DNA of 64,000 nucleotides from Eledone cirrhosa (lineage: Eukaryota). The notes beneath the pieces are model-generated. The model ran no database searches, was not told the origin of the DNA, and was given only the letters and a program-made list of their open reading frames with translations. The stretch is taken from contig OZ024756.1 of NCBI GenBank assembly GCA_964016885.1, positions 806,001 to 870,000 on the forward strand, given 5' to 3'. The position numbers and the translations under genes were made by a program. Of this stretch, positions 43,965 through 57,522 are shown in pieces; positions within the stretch are counted from its first letter, which is position 1, and each line of letters opens with the position of its first letter.

Positions 43965-44050
43965 AATGAAAACATAACACCTTTTGGGTCTTTTTTTTTC
44001 TCTATATACTATATTATGTTTATATACATAGATATATGTCTTTATTACAG

Positions 44051-44138
44051 GTCCATGGCATCATACGACGAGCCAGTACTTTTAACACACACAGAATTGA
44101 ACATCTGTATGCTGACCCTAAAACTCACCGGGAAGGAT
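44051..44138 (+). CDS. GMDS: GMDS exon 3
   Basis: ttacag|GTC...GGA T|gtaaga; [29 protein letters not shown]; 88 nt, phase-1 end. Confidence 0.95.
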
Positions 44139-44239
44139 GTAAGAATCGTTTAATTCTTTATTGCATTTTTCGCTAGAATTAATTATTGATGATGTGAGTG
44201 TGGAGCCACACCCATATATATATATATATATATATATGT

Positions 44240-44882
44240 AGATAAATCTACCAAAAATTTACGGTAGTGTCCAATCCGTATGAAGAACTCAATGTAATCC
44301 GGATATCATGAAAAGAGAAGATGTATTCAAAAACTATTTTCGGTGAAAATTAACAGAAAACAGAGTCAAGATAAATTAATAAAGTAATGAATAAACAAAG
44401 AAACAGTTCCTTATATTAACAAAATTCATCATTTTACGATCGTTTCTAGGATATATTTGTGTTAGTGTTGGTATGCATATTCTATAGATCTATGTACAAT
44501 ATTTATACAAACTATCAGAGGGAATATACATACCTACACATATATATGCTGTCTTCAGAAATAATGATATTTGTTTATTGAAAAAAACCAAGATTTAATA
44601 CAATAGGTCTGTTTGGGAACAGGTTTCGAATTGACCAATAGAGAGATAGTGGAGGTCAAGATAGTAATATAATAGTAGAAGAACCTTAAATTAAGGTTCT
44701 TTTACTACTAGATTACTATGTGTAGGTATGTATATTCCCTCTGATAGTTTGTATAAATATTGTACATAGATCTATAGAATATGCATACCAACACTAACAC
44801 ATATATATCCTAGAAACGATCGTAAAATGATGAATTTTTTTAATATAAGGAACTGTTTCTTTGTTTATTCATTACTTTATTA

Positions 44883-44887
<5 letters not shown>
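44240..44887. mobile_element. Penelope-like remnant with a truncated inverted copy
   Basis: Inverted arms ~44371-44543 / 44717-44887; homologous to 1-261 and 8155-8420; 29-bp flanking direct repeat. Confidence 0.65.
44426..44567 (-). ncRNA. Type I hammerhead motif with long stem II
   Basis: - strand: stem I tcattattt/aaatgatga, CTGAAGA, ~105-nt stem II, GAAA, ACGATCGT palindrome, GUA site. Confidence 0.68.
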
Positions 44888-44924
<37 letters not shown>

Positions 44925-44946
44925 ATGATGTGAGTGTGGAGCCACA

Positions 44947-44995
<49 letters not shown>

Positions 44996-45809
44996 TGGTA
45001 AAACACCGGACGGTTATATCCGTAGTAAGTAGAACACTCAGTCCATTGGACAAATTGAGAGTCCGTTGGGTGAAACACTCGTCCTGGTTTGCTATTATGT
45101 GTGTGTCTGTTATATACACACTTGCTATGGAATGTTTACTAATTAGTCACTGTGGCTGTGATTGTGTCACTCTAATCAGCAAATCTTGGTGTAATTAGCA
45201 AAAAGCACTCAACGTCTTACATATCTTTCCAGTTCTGAAGGTATTTGTATACACTTATATATGATGATGATGATTATATATATCATTATATATATATATA
45301 ATGATATATATGGATTGGCAGTAACGGTAGAGGGTCGGACGCCATGCTTTGACGCATAGAGTTACGGCCCTTGCCATTCTGAGTTCAAATCTCGCCGAGG
45401 TTAAATTTGGGGTCGATAAAATAAAGTACCAGTAATACAGTGGGTAATTGCTGGCCTTGTGCCAAAAATAGAAGCAATTATATATATATACAGATATATA
45501 TATATGCATAGATATGTCTGCCATGTGATATTCTATTCCAGCTGGCAGTTGTGTCTATTTTATTTCCATCACCAGGTGTCATTTAATTAACCTATTCAAC
45601 TATCTTACAGTTAACTGCAGTATGCCAGCTTTATAAAAAGCAAATATACTGCACACACGCACGCACACACATATATATATGTGGTTGGCATACAAAGCAT
45701 TAGGATATTTGTAATTCGAATATATAGTCGCCACAATGCTGATAACTATAATTATAGTTCTGTATACTGGTGACCATATTTTCAAATATATATATATATA
45801 TATATATAT

Positions 45810-45886
<77 letters not shown>

Positions 45887-46061
45887 ACAGATTTAAAAAC
45901 CACATAGATAACCATAAGAAAATCTTAGTTACAAGGGAAATAACTCTTTCAAAATTATACCGTACAAAGGGAAGTAAAAGATGATTTTTTTTACTCTCGA
46001 CGAAGAGAGAGAGAGATGGTGGGAGTGGAAAGTTTGGTTACTTTATTCATGTATGTGTGTG

Positions 46062-46096
<35 letters not shown>

Positions 46097-46259
46097 GTAA
46101 GTATGTATGTATACGTACATACATATATGTATACAGACGTACAATAGTATGTATATATATACATACATGCACACATATATATATTTATAATAATGCTTGG
46201 TTTGTTTAAGAAAGTGCCGTACTAAGAGTGAGAAATGAAATTTCGTTTCATTCTATTCC

Positions 46260-46306
<47 letters not shown>

Positions 46307-46532
46307 GGTGCATGCCTGAATGGTTAGAGAATTGGATTCGCAATCGTGAGATTGTGGTTTCAATTCCCGGACTGGGCGATGCATTATATCCTTGAGCAAG
46401 ACACTTTATTTCACATTGCTCCTTCAGCCTGGATTAGCGACCGACGGATAGTATCGGCAATTGGAAAAACGAATGGAAATATTGTTTCCTCGGTCTGATT
46501 TGATGAGTTCTATCCTACTTGTTAAGTGAATG

Positions 46533-46572
<40 letters not shown>

Positions 46573-46755
46573 CATTCACCTCATATATATATATATATAT
46601 AACGAAGGAGGTGTGAAAAGGAACCAGATGGACCATAACGCACCAGAGTACTCAATTCTTAGAGTAATAGAGTGGGTAATAGGAAAAAAGTATGACCTCG
46701 ACGGCAGAGCTTAAGCCGTTTCGACGGCTTGAGCTCTGCTGTCGGGGTCATACTT

Positions 46756-46803
<48 letters not shown>

Positions 46804-46922
46804 ATAATCAATACAAGAGCAAGAATGACGGTTTCATTCTTCTGACATGGCTTTAAAGAGGCTGTTTGCATAATTGCAAACAAATCGAATATTATTAATA
46901 TTTGAAAACCTCAGATTACATT

Positions 46923-47030
<108 letters not shown>

Positions 47031-47250
47031 AGGTGTGTGGCTGATTGGTTAGAGAACTGGATTTGCAATCGTGAGGCTGTCAGTTCGATTCCTGGACCGG
47101 GCGATGCGTTATGTCCTTGAGCAAGACACTTTATTTCACGTTGCTCCTTCTACCTAGAGTTGTGACCGATAGATAGTATTAGCAATTGGGAAAGACCAAC
47201 AGAAACATTCTTTCCTCGACAAATTTATATATATGTATATACACAGACAC

Positions 47251-47296
<46 letters not shown>

Positions 47297-48643
47297 TGAA
47301 GTTTGAAAGCCACAGAAGAAATTAGATGAAACAAGATGTTATGTGTTACCTTAATTTATTTATCTCTCCTGTTATTTCGAGATCAAAATCTCTTCTTCAG
47401 AGGGAAATGGAAGGGACTAGTTTAGTTCAGCATAGTATAGCACATTCCATTGGACACTGTATTAGTCTCTTTTTATTTCCCTTAGAAGAAGAAATATAGG
47501 GACATATAAATAAACTAAGGTAAAACATTTCTTGTTTTGTCTAATTTCTTTGTTCGTACATTTCACATTGTCGTGGCTTTCAAACTTCAAATCATATATA
47601 CCGTACGCAATGCTTTAAGTAAAGTACAAATCCCTCCTCTGTCTTTGTGTGTGTGTGTATGTGTGTGTGATGTTGTGTGCGTGTGTGTGTGATGCTGTGT
47701 GTGTGTGTGTGTGTGAGATGCTGTTTGAAATTGAAAATGTGTTTTGTTTTGTTATATTATATAATTTTAAAATAAGAAACTGTTTTTCTCTTTTGAAGCT
47801 CAGCAAAAGGCAGGTAGGTATCACTTTAAAAACAACAACAATAGGACTTTAGGAGAAGGTCGTCAAGTTGGATACTAATGAATAACAATAATAATAATAA
47901 TAATAATAATAATAATTGGGTACTATGGCATAAACATTGTCTTATTCATCTTTATCATCATTATCATCACCATCATCATTGTAATGCTTATTTTTCTGTG
48001 CTTGTATAGAAAATTTGGCAACTGCAACTGCATTTCCTGTCCACTGTTGGTGTGTCCATCTTTGGCAAATTGTGGTTTTGTCTTATGTTCTGATTGTGCA
48101 ATATCTTTTATTGTCCTCATTCATCATTGTTCTCATCATCACCACCACAATCATAATCATCATCATTTTGCTTCTCTCTCTCTCTCTCTCTCTCAACTTC
48201 TATATTTTCATTTGGGAAATATTACATCCTAACCACTTTTGGAAGTCTGCTGCTAATGCTGCATTCATCTCTGGCTAAATAAAGAACTGCTCTGTTGAAT
48301 GGATAACAATGAATGTCTGGAGCTTAATTTTAAATAATGACGGCATAGCTTTCTGCTTTTACCAAATAAAAGATGCTTTTTGTATGTTAGAAGTAACACT
48401 AGTCTAACAGTTGCATATGACTCTAAGTTCTCAGAAGATCTGTGACGTGGTGTGGTGGTGCAGAATGTCATGTGACTGAAATAGCTTAATGAACATCTCT
48501 GCAGTAAACAGTCTGTAGCTGATACTTAATGGTTGATGACACTCGTTAGAAAACTTAGCTGGACACTGTGTAGAATACCGGACTGTTGACATTCAGTTGG
48601 ATAATGGTTAGTTGACACACATCAGGAGACTTCAGTTAATAAC

Positions 48644-49073
48644 AGGCTCAACATCCCACATTCAACAAATTATATTTAAACCCTGATACATTTGATAACT
48701 GAAGCTCAAGAGTTGATACTTAGGCTCAACATCCCACATTCAACAAATTATATTTAAACCCTGATACATTTGATAACTGAAGCTCAAGAGTTGGTACTTA
48801 GGCTCAACATCCCACATTCAACAAATTATATTTAATCCCTGATACATTTGATAACTGAAGCTCAAGAGTTGATTCTTAGGCTCAACATCCCACATTCAAC
48901 AAATTATATTTAAACCCTGATACATTTGATAACTGAAGCTCAAGAGTTGATTCTTAGGCTCAACAACTCACATTCAACAAATGATATTTAAACCCTGATA
49001 TATGTGTTAACTGCAGCTCAAGAGATGATACTTAGGCTCAACAGCACACATCCAACAAATATTTAAATACTGA
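48644..49073. repeat. 78-bp tandem repeat, ~5.5 copies
   Basis: aggctcaacatcccacattcaac recurs every 78 bp. Confidence 0.93.
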
Positions 49074-49446
49074 TGACAATGGCAATGATGGATTCTTCAT
49101 TGATTTTGATGACAAGCGATCAGTCAGGCCATCAGCTGGACATCTGACTCATGAATTAATGTGTAATTGGTTGAGTATTCCTTAGACACATATCTACCCA
49201 TAATGTAATCCTCAGGGAGAATCAGTGGGACACAGTGTGTGATAAAGCTGGCCATCTGATAGGATTCCGTACAGTTTCTATTTACCAAATTTCACTCATG
49301 TAGCTTGGGTTGACTGGGGGCTATGGTTAAGACACTTGTCCAAGGTATCATGCAGTGGGATTGAACCTGAGATCTCACGGTTGTAAAGTGAGCTTCTTAA
49401 CCATTCAGCCGTGTCTGAGTACTGATATATGCTTACTGAAACTGAC

Positions 49447-49493
<47 letters not shown>

Positions 49494-49660
49494 AGTCCCG
49501 GGTTCAGTCTGGGGGTAACCACAGTAAGTGTGGTACTCAATATAGTAGTGTATATACAACAACATATAATATAGAAATGGCTTCTACAGGGCTTTCCTGA
49601 TGATCTCCTTCAAATGAAACAGTTCTAGTCCTGTAGAAGCCTTTTCTATATTAGATGTTG

Positions 49661-49696
<36 letters not shown>

Positions 49697-50340
49697 CAGA
49701 AGACATTAGACGTTAACTCTTGACATCTAAGAAACCAGACTGAGACAATATAGAGAGAACACTGCTCATAGTAGCGCCATTTCTGCTATAATGCTTACTC
49801 TTCATAATATCATCTCTACATTTATTGAATATCAAAATATATTAAACCAATTGTTGTTAATAAGATTATCATTTTTTTAGCAACTATTAACCTAATCTTT
49901 AGAGATGAAAGATATTTTTCACATTTACCATATTTCCCGGTGCCAAAGAGCTCGAGGATGCACCCTAATTTTGACAACCAAAAATTTGAAAAAAAAAAAA
50001 AATAATAAACATAAGAATGCAACCTTTGGTCTCCAGGACACATGGTAGATTTTTGAGACTTAATTTAGGGAAAAAGTAGTGTCTTTGACACCGGTAAATA
50101 TGGTAATTATAGTTCTGTGTTCAAGACTTTTGGTAATAATGTTCTACTGTAGATCCTGGTTGATCAATGTCTTGATAATGGCATTTGTTAACTGAAGAAA
50201 CCTGTTGCATATCTGGAACTAGTTGTTGAAACGGCAAGAGCTCAGCTATCGGGTCCCAACTCTTTATAATATAACCATACTCTACTATCCCAAGTATTGA
50301 GAACTCTGTTGAGTAATGGTCTTACTAGTTTCAAATTGAA

Positions 50341-50437
<97 letters not shown>

Positions 50438-50855
50438 GGCAGTCATTAGAACGTCTGATAGAATGCCTTGTAGTATTCATTTTGGCTCTCTGTTCTCTGT
50501 GTTCAAATCCCGCCAAGATCAACTTTGCCTTTCATCCATTAAAGGTCGATAAAAAAAGAAGTACCAGTCAAGTACTGGGGTCGATTCTTCCTCTATATCT
50601 CCTCCTCACTTCCTTTCTCTCTCTATCCTTCTCTGGAAGAAATCTACTGGAGAGGAGATGGGCTCCGCCAGGTTTTAAAAAATGTCCCAGAAACACCATA
50701 TGTCAATATGGCACCTCTACAGCTCCCTCAGGGGTTACAGGTCCATACTTTACCATAGAGGAAGAATCTGCCCCAGTACGAGACTGGTACTTTGTTTTTA
50801 GCAACCTGGAATCGATGAAAGGCAAAGTTGACCTCTGCGTGATTTAAACTCAGAA

Positions 50856-51218
50856 AGCATTGGGCTTGCAATCGAAAGGTTGTGAGTTCAATTCTCGGAC
50901 TGGGTGATGTGTTGTTTCCTTGAGCAAGACACTTTATTTCACATTGCTCCAGTTTACTCAGCTGTAGAAATGAGATGATAGGGACTGGGGTCCCTATCAT
51001 TCTACTGCAAAGTGGTCGTGGAGGTGCCACGGCAAAAAAGCACCCAGCCCACACTGTAAAATGAGGTTGGTGTTAGGGAGGGCATCCAGCTGTAGAAATC
51101 AAGCCTGAATCAGTTCCCGAGCAAGACAAGGTCAGCCGACCTAACATTTCCCACAATAGGACAACCCATCTAACCCATGCTTGCATGGAAGAATGGACGT
51201 AAAACGATGATGATGATG
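50856..51218 (+). mobile_element. SINE family 2 copy with an RTE family A 3' tail
   Basis: Partial tRNA head and CORE-like domain, then sequence matching the reverse complement of 309-570, ending in (GAT)n. Confidence 0.85.
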
Positions 51219-53567
51219 AAAGCAGAGTCAAAACTAATACCACAAACTATTCTGACGTTCTAATGACTCAGCCAATTCACTGCCTAGTAAAAAGATTATA
51301 AAAGGCAAAAGATTATCAAAGGCAAAAGATTATAAAAGGCAAAAGATTATAAAAGGCAAACGATTATAAAAGGCTAAAGATTATAAAAGGCAAAAGATTG
51401 TTGGTGTAAACTGAAATATCTTTCATCTCTAAATTGGAGTTTAATAGTTTCCTCATCTCCTCTAAAAATGATAATCTTTCTCAGCAGCTGTTATAATTTA
51501 CTGGTTGTATTATATCTACACATTATCAGGTGGTATTGTGTGAGATATACTGGGGATCTCTTCCCATATTTAACTGGTGTTTTAAATATATATTTCCTCA
51601 ATGTCAATGTTTTATTATTTTTGTGTGACTAGGATGTATGCCTGCCTTTGTGTATATATGCGTGTATGTATGTATGTGTGTTTATACATATAGACACGTA
51701 GATGTATGTGTGTGTATATATATGTGTGTAGTATGTTATGTGTGTTTATACATATAGACACGTGTGTGTGTATGAATGTATGTATGTGTGTTTATACATA
51801 TAGACATGTATGTGTATGTATATACATGTGTGTGTGTGTGTATATATATATATGTATGTGTGTGTGTTGTTTGTGTGTATGTATAAATGTATGTGTATGT
51901 AGTATATATATATGTGTGAGTGTGTGTATCACATGTTTTTTTTTGTTCCAGGTTAACCTTGATCAATCAAGCCTCTGATAAAAGACGTTCCAACCACGAC
52001 CACCTCATCTATTTAAGGGTTTCATTCTAGGGTTACATAATTCTTTCTACTTTAGGCACAAGGCCAGCAATTACCCAGTGCATTACTGGTACTTTATTTT
52101 ATCGACCTCGTAAGGATGAAAGGCAAAGTCAACCTCGGCGGGATTTGAACTCAGATCGTAAAGGGACGTAACTATGCTGGAAAGCATGGCGTCCGACTCT
52201 CTACCGATACTGCCAATCCACCGCCCTTTAAGGGTAACTCTAGGGTTACATAATCTAATGTGTCGTGTCTTTCCATATTTTGAGATGGTGGGGTTTGGTT
52301 TGAAGACAATTTAGCTACTATTTCTAGCAGATAGAGCGATCAGGTTCCCTTGGTTCGTTTATATGTCTGTGAGTTTTGATATTGATCACACTGGAAACAG
52401 GCAAGGTAATCTCAATCCAAACATAGCAGCCACCTCTTGTAATTTACCGTTGGTTACCAAACCACCTGAAAACTGCCCCTGGCTCTGTGTTTATATTCAT
52501 CTAAAAACCTCCCAGCATACTGTTATGTAAGAACCTTTGTTATGCTATGTTCCAAACACCAGCTTAATAATGAGAAAGTTATTTAATTTTACTAAATCCT
52601 TCCAAAATCTTGATTATATCAAACATTTTGATACCAAACTCTCTGAAACAGTTCATGATTCTGTGATAGAAAATTGTTTTAAGATGTTTATATTTATCTA
52701 AAACTTTTCCATCATAAAGAAATATCATATGAGATGTAACTTTGTAGGAGGCCAGCTAAACCTACATAGTAACAACAACATAATATGACTGGGGTCCCTA
52801 TCATTAAAACACACAAGAGAAGTCCTATGAGATGCAGCTTTGAAGAAGGCCAGCTAAAGCTACATAGGTGTGAGGTGTAACAACAACAACATGATATGAC
52901 TGGGGTCCCTATCATTAAGACACAATAAACGTCCTATGAGATGCAGCTTTGTAGGAGGCCAACTAAAGCTACATAGGTGTGAGCTGTAATAACATAATAA
53001 GGACTGGGGTCTCTATCATTAAAACATGCAAGAAATGTCCTATACGATGCAACTTTGTAGGAGGCCAGCTAAACCTACATAGGTGTGAGGTGTATGGTAA
53101 GACCAGGGCCTCTATCATTAAAACCAATTTTTAAATATTTTCTGCTAAATCATGACAGGGTGTTAAAAGTTAAACGAGGAAGTCAATTACCCACCAATTC
53201 ATTTTACAACCTGCGTTGGTGATTTACATGATAAAAGCACCGAGTACACTCTGTAAAGTCGTTGGTTATAGAAATAAAAAACTTTCCATAAAAAAACTTG
53301 CTGGTCAAAGAGTTGGGAAAACTCTTCAGCTGTACCAAAGACATGCCAACTTTCTTGATGTTGGTGCTACAGTAAAATATACTCGGTAGAGCACCTGGCT
53401 TACCTGGAGGTCAGAGACTCTGCCTGAGTACTGACCAATCTTGCTGGGAGGGAAGACATATGTTAAACGATGATGATGATGGTGGTGGTGAAATGGTACC
53501 TGGTCTTTAAATGAGTGGACTGACAGTGTTGTTGTTGTTGTTGATGGTATGTTTGATCTTTTGGCAG

Positions 53568-53677
53568 CTATGCATCTTCATTATGGGGACATGACAGACA
53601 GCACCAACCTTGTGAAGATTGTTAGTGAGGTGCAACCTACAGAGATTTACAACCTTGCAGCACAGAGTCATGTGAAG
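53568..53677 (+). CDS. GMDS: GMDS exon 4
   Basis: ttggcag|CT ATG...AAG|gtaacg; (S)[36 protein letters not shown]; phase compatible with exon 3. Confidence 0.96.
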
Positions 53678-53714
53678 GTAACGACATGTAGCCTCATACT
53701 TATCTTGATATTAA

Positions 53715-53922
53715 CCCTTTACATTATTCTATATATACTGTTATATTTTTGTGGTAAAAACTACCTTACATAATTATCTCACATAATATCAAATCTGAGA
53801 GATTTTAATGTTATTTATTTTGAGAACAATACCTTAACATCAGTATGAGTGGTTACAGCTGGTTTGAACAGAAAGAGGTGAGAGAATCCTGGCCAGGTAT
53901 GGCTGGTTTAAATGCTAAAGGG
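53715..53922. mobile_element. piggyBac-like MITE
   Basis: TTAA on both sides; CCCTTT...AAAGGG termini. Confidence 0.75.
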
Positions 53923-54427
53923 TTAATAATTGTTACATTTGTAATTAAAGTATTTAATAATTGACATGTGGGTGTAACATTATTAAAAGTTCTCTTCCTG
54001 ATCATTAGGTCCTGGGTTTGATCCCATACTTTGGTATCTTGGGAAAGTGTTATTGGCCTTGGCCCCTGGGGTCAACTTGTGCCTTGTGAGTGAAATTATT
54101 AGGCAGAAACTATTTGGAAGCCCGTCAAAAGGATTGTACCTGTATTTCAAAGGCACAAACTATGAGAACTACACTAAGGGTACATGTGTCTGTGGAATAC
54201 TCAGCCACTTACAGGTTAATTTCACAAGCAGGCTGTTCCATTGTTTGAACAACTGCGACACTAGTTGTCTGATCTGATGAAGTTTCTATCAAACACCGTA
54301 TATTTACAGAAGCTCTCACATTTATAGATAGACCTGGTACCTTAACTCTTTCATGACCACATTTATAACGAAATACACTCTGTTTTAATCAATTAAGGAA
54401 GAATTATTAATTATGTCATTACTAAAA

Positions 54428-54861
54428 CTAGCAGAAAAACCACTCTTCGGGTGGTTTTCTGCTAGTATGTGTAGTGTGTATACTGATATTATACGCAAGT
54501 ATATATACATGTAGATATGATACATCAAATAAAATCGTAATTGACAATATACACAGAAATTGAACAAAGACTGCGTTACTCTGTCTTATGTAATCAGTAA
54601 AGTAATTCATTGACGGAAATATATGAATGTTTATTTAAGCGTTCGCTAACCGGAAGTGTTGACATTAGAAAATTTTAAAGAAGTAATCTTAAAATAAGCG
54701 ACAAAATTATTTATATTTAATCAAGAATAATGAAATTTAGTAGATAAATTATGTAATATTCATTCATTATTTATTCAAAGTAATCCAACTTATTTAACAA
54801 ACGGGATAAAAAAATATATTCTGGATGCTGTCCAGCACTCCTTACTTTATTATAGTTTAGA
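54428..54861 (-). mobile_element. Non-autonomous Helitron-like element
   Basis: Terminal hairpin ctagcagaaaa...ttttctgctag shared with 23212 and 28872; TC 5' end; shares aaccggaagtgttgacatt with 58508. Confidence 0.65.
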
Positions 54862-55678
54862 TAGAAACTTAATCTTTTCATGACCACATTTCTTATGTAA
54901 TACACTCTATTTCAATTAATGAATGAAGAATTTTGAGGGACTTGCTAAAATTATTAATTATTTCATCACTAAGATAGTAACTTAATATAAGGTTCTTATA
55001 TAAAATCATGTTGGAAGATTTTAATTCAAATTGGAAATCTTTAAAATGGGTATCTTTCATAGAACTAGAGCTGGTTTAGTCTGGGTTGGTAAGATAGTAA
55101 CTTAAACCTTTAGCATTTAAACCAGCCAGAATTCTCTCACCTCTTTCTCTTCAAACTGGCCATAATCAGCCACTCATATTGATGTTAAGGTATTGTTCTT
55201 AAAATAAATAATATCATCAAAATCTCATAGATTCCCTATTATGTGAGATAACTATGTGAGATAAAGCCTTTACCATGAAAATATAACAGTAGAGTAATGT
55301 AAATGGTAATGGGTTAGTGTAAGGTTCTTATATAAAATTATGTTGGAATATTTTAATTTAAACTGAAACCTTTAAAATGTGTGACTTTATTTCCTAAAAC
55401 CAGAGCTGGTTTTAGCTGGGTTGGTAAGATAGTAACTTCATGGGTTGGTAAGATAGTAACTTCATGGGTTGGTAAGATAGTAACTTCATCAGTTGGTAAA
55501 ATAGTAACTTCATGTAAAGTTTTTATATAAAATCATGTTGGAATATTTTACTTTAAATTGGAAACCTTTAAAATGTGTGACTTTATTTCCTAGAACCAGA
55601 GCTGGTTTTGGCCGGTTTGGTGATTAAAGGGTGAAATAACCTAAATAAACCTTTATGTTACAATTTTTCCAATTCTAG

Positions 55679-55871
55679 GTATCTTTTGAACTTGGTGAAT
55701 ACACAGCCAATGTAGACGCTGTCGGAACTCTACGATTACTTGACGCCATTCGTACATGTTCTCTTAGTGACAAAGTAAAGTTTTATCAAGCTTCCACCAG
55801 TGAATTATATGGAAAAGTCCAAGAAGTTCCACAGAAAGAGACCACACCATTTTACCCTCGTTCACCATATG
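55679..55871 (+). CDS. GMDS: GMDS exon 5
   Basis: ttctag|GTA...TAT G|gtatgt; [64 protein letters not shown], including the catalytic TSE and the Y of YxxxK. Confidence 0.97.
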
Positions 55872-56236
55872 GTATGTATATCATCATCCTCATCATTGTC
55901 ATCATCATCATCATCACCATCATAATCATCATCACCATCACCATCATCATATGTCCAGTTCTCCAGGTGTAATGTCTACCCCTGTCTCACTACAACATTC
56001 AACATAACTTGTTACAATCTCCTTTCTTTGTGTTTCTCTTACTTCACCACTTCACCCCTCCCCAAACAATTCTCTTCTTCTTCCCCTCCTTGTCTTCCTG
56101 CTCCCCCCTATCTTTACCCCTCCCCCTCTTCTCCTCCCACACTCTCCTCATCCACCACCTCCCGTTGTCCCCTTCTCCCCTCTTCCTCCTCTCCCCCATC
56201 CATCCATCTATTTCTATCACTCTCCATCTGCGTTAA

Positions 56237-56479
<243 letters not shown>

Positions 56480-57522
56480 TAAACTTTTTGTTTATTTTGT
56501 TATTGTTTAAATTATCTTTTATTATCTTTTATTATCAATGGTGGATTGGCAGTATCGGTAGAGGGTCGGACACCATGCTTTCCAGCATAGTTATGTCCCT
56601 TTACGATCTGAGTTCAAATCCCGCGAGGTTGACTTTGCATTTCATCCTTACAGGGTTGATAAAATAAAGTACCAGTAATGCACTGGGTAATTGCTGGCCT
56701 TGTGCCTAAAGTAGAAACAATTATCTTTTATTATCAATTTTTAAATGACGATTCTGACACTGGATTTATTAAAAACTCCGCTCATAGTTTCTATGTTCTT
56801 CTTATTATTTCTAAATAAGATGAATCTCTTTATATTTGTGGTATTTTCTGATTTTGTAAGCATGTCGACAGGTGTTAGACATATGGAATTCAAAAAGGTG
56901 CTCAGGGTTGTTGGAAATATGGTTAATAACCATCTTTACAAACAACAACCACGACCACCTTTTTGACATGTTTACAAAGTCAGAAAACAGGACAGCTCCC
57001 ATGACTTTTGGACATCATCAGCATCATCATCATCATTGCTTACAAAGTCAGAAAACAGCACAGCTCCCATGACTTTTGCAAACATCTTTTCATGTTCAGA
57101 GTTACTGAAGTATGAAACAAACTACCTGCATCAGTTGTTAGCTGTCGGGACACTGGATCCTTCAAAACTTCTATGCTTCTTGAAATTTGCCAACACTACA
57201 CCTGATATTCCCCCTCCACGCACGTGCACGTGTGTGTGTCTGTGTATATTATGACTCGTACTTTCCTGACATTTGTACATAGTATTGGTAGATCAGACCC
57301 TATGCTTTGCAGCATAGAATTACGGCCCTTTACGGTCTGAATTCAAATCCCACCGAGGTTAACTTTGCCTTTCATCCTTACGGGGTCGATAAAATAAAGT
57401 ACCAGTAATGCACTGGGATAATTGCTGGCCTTGTGCCAAAAGTAGAAACAATTATTCTATGTATTATACATGCACCTTTGATGAGTTGTAGTGCACCTCA
57501 GCACTGTACACATTATGTATTA

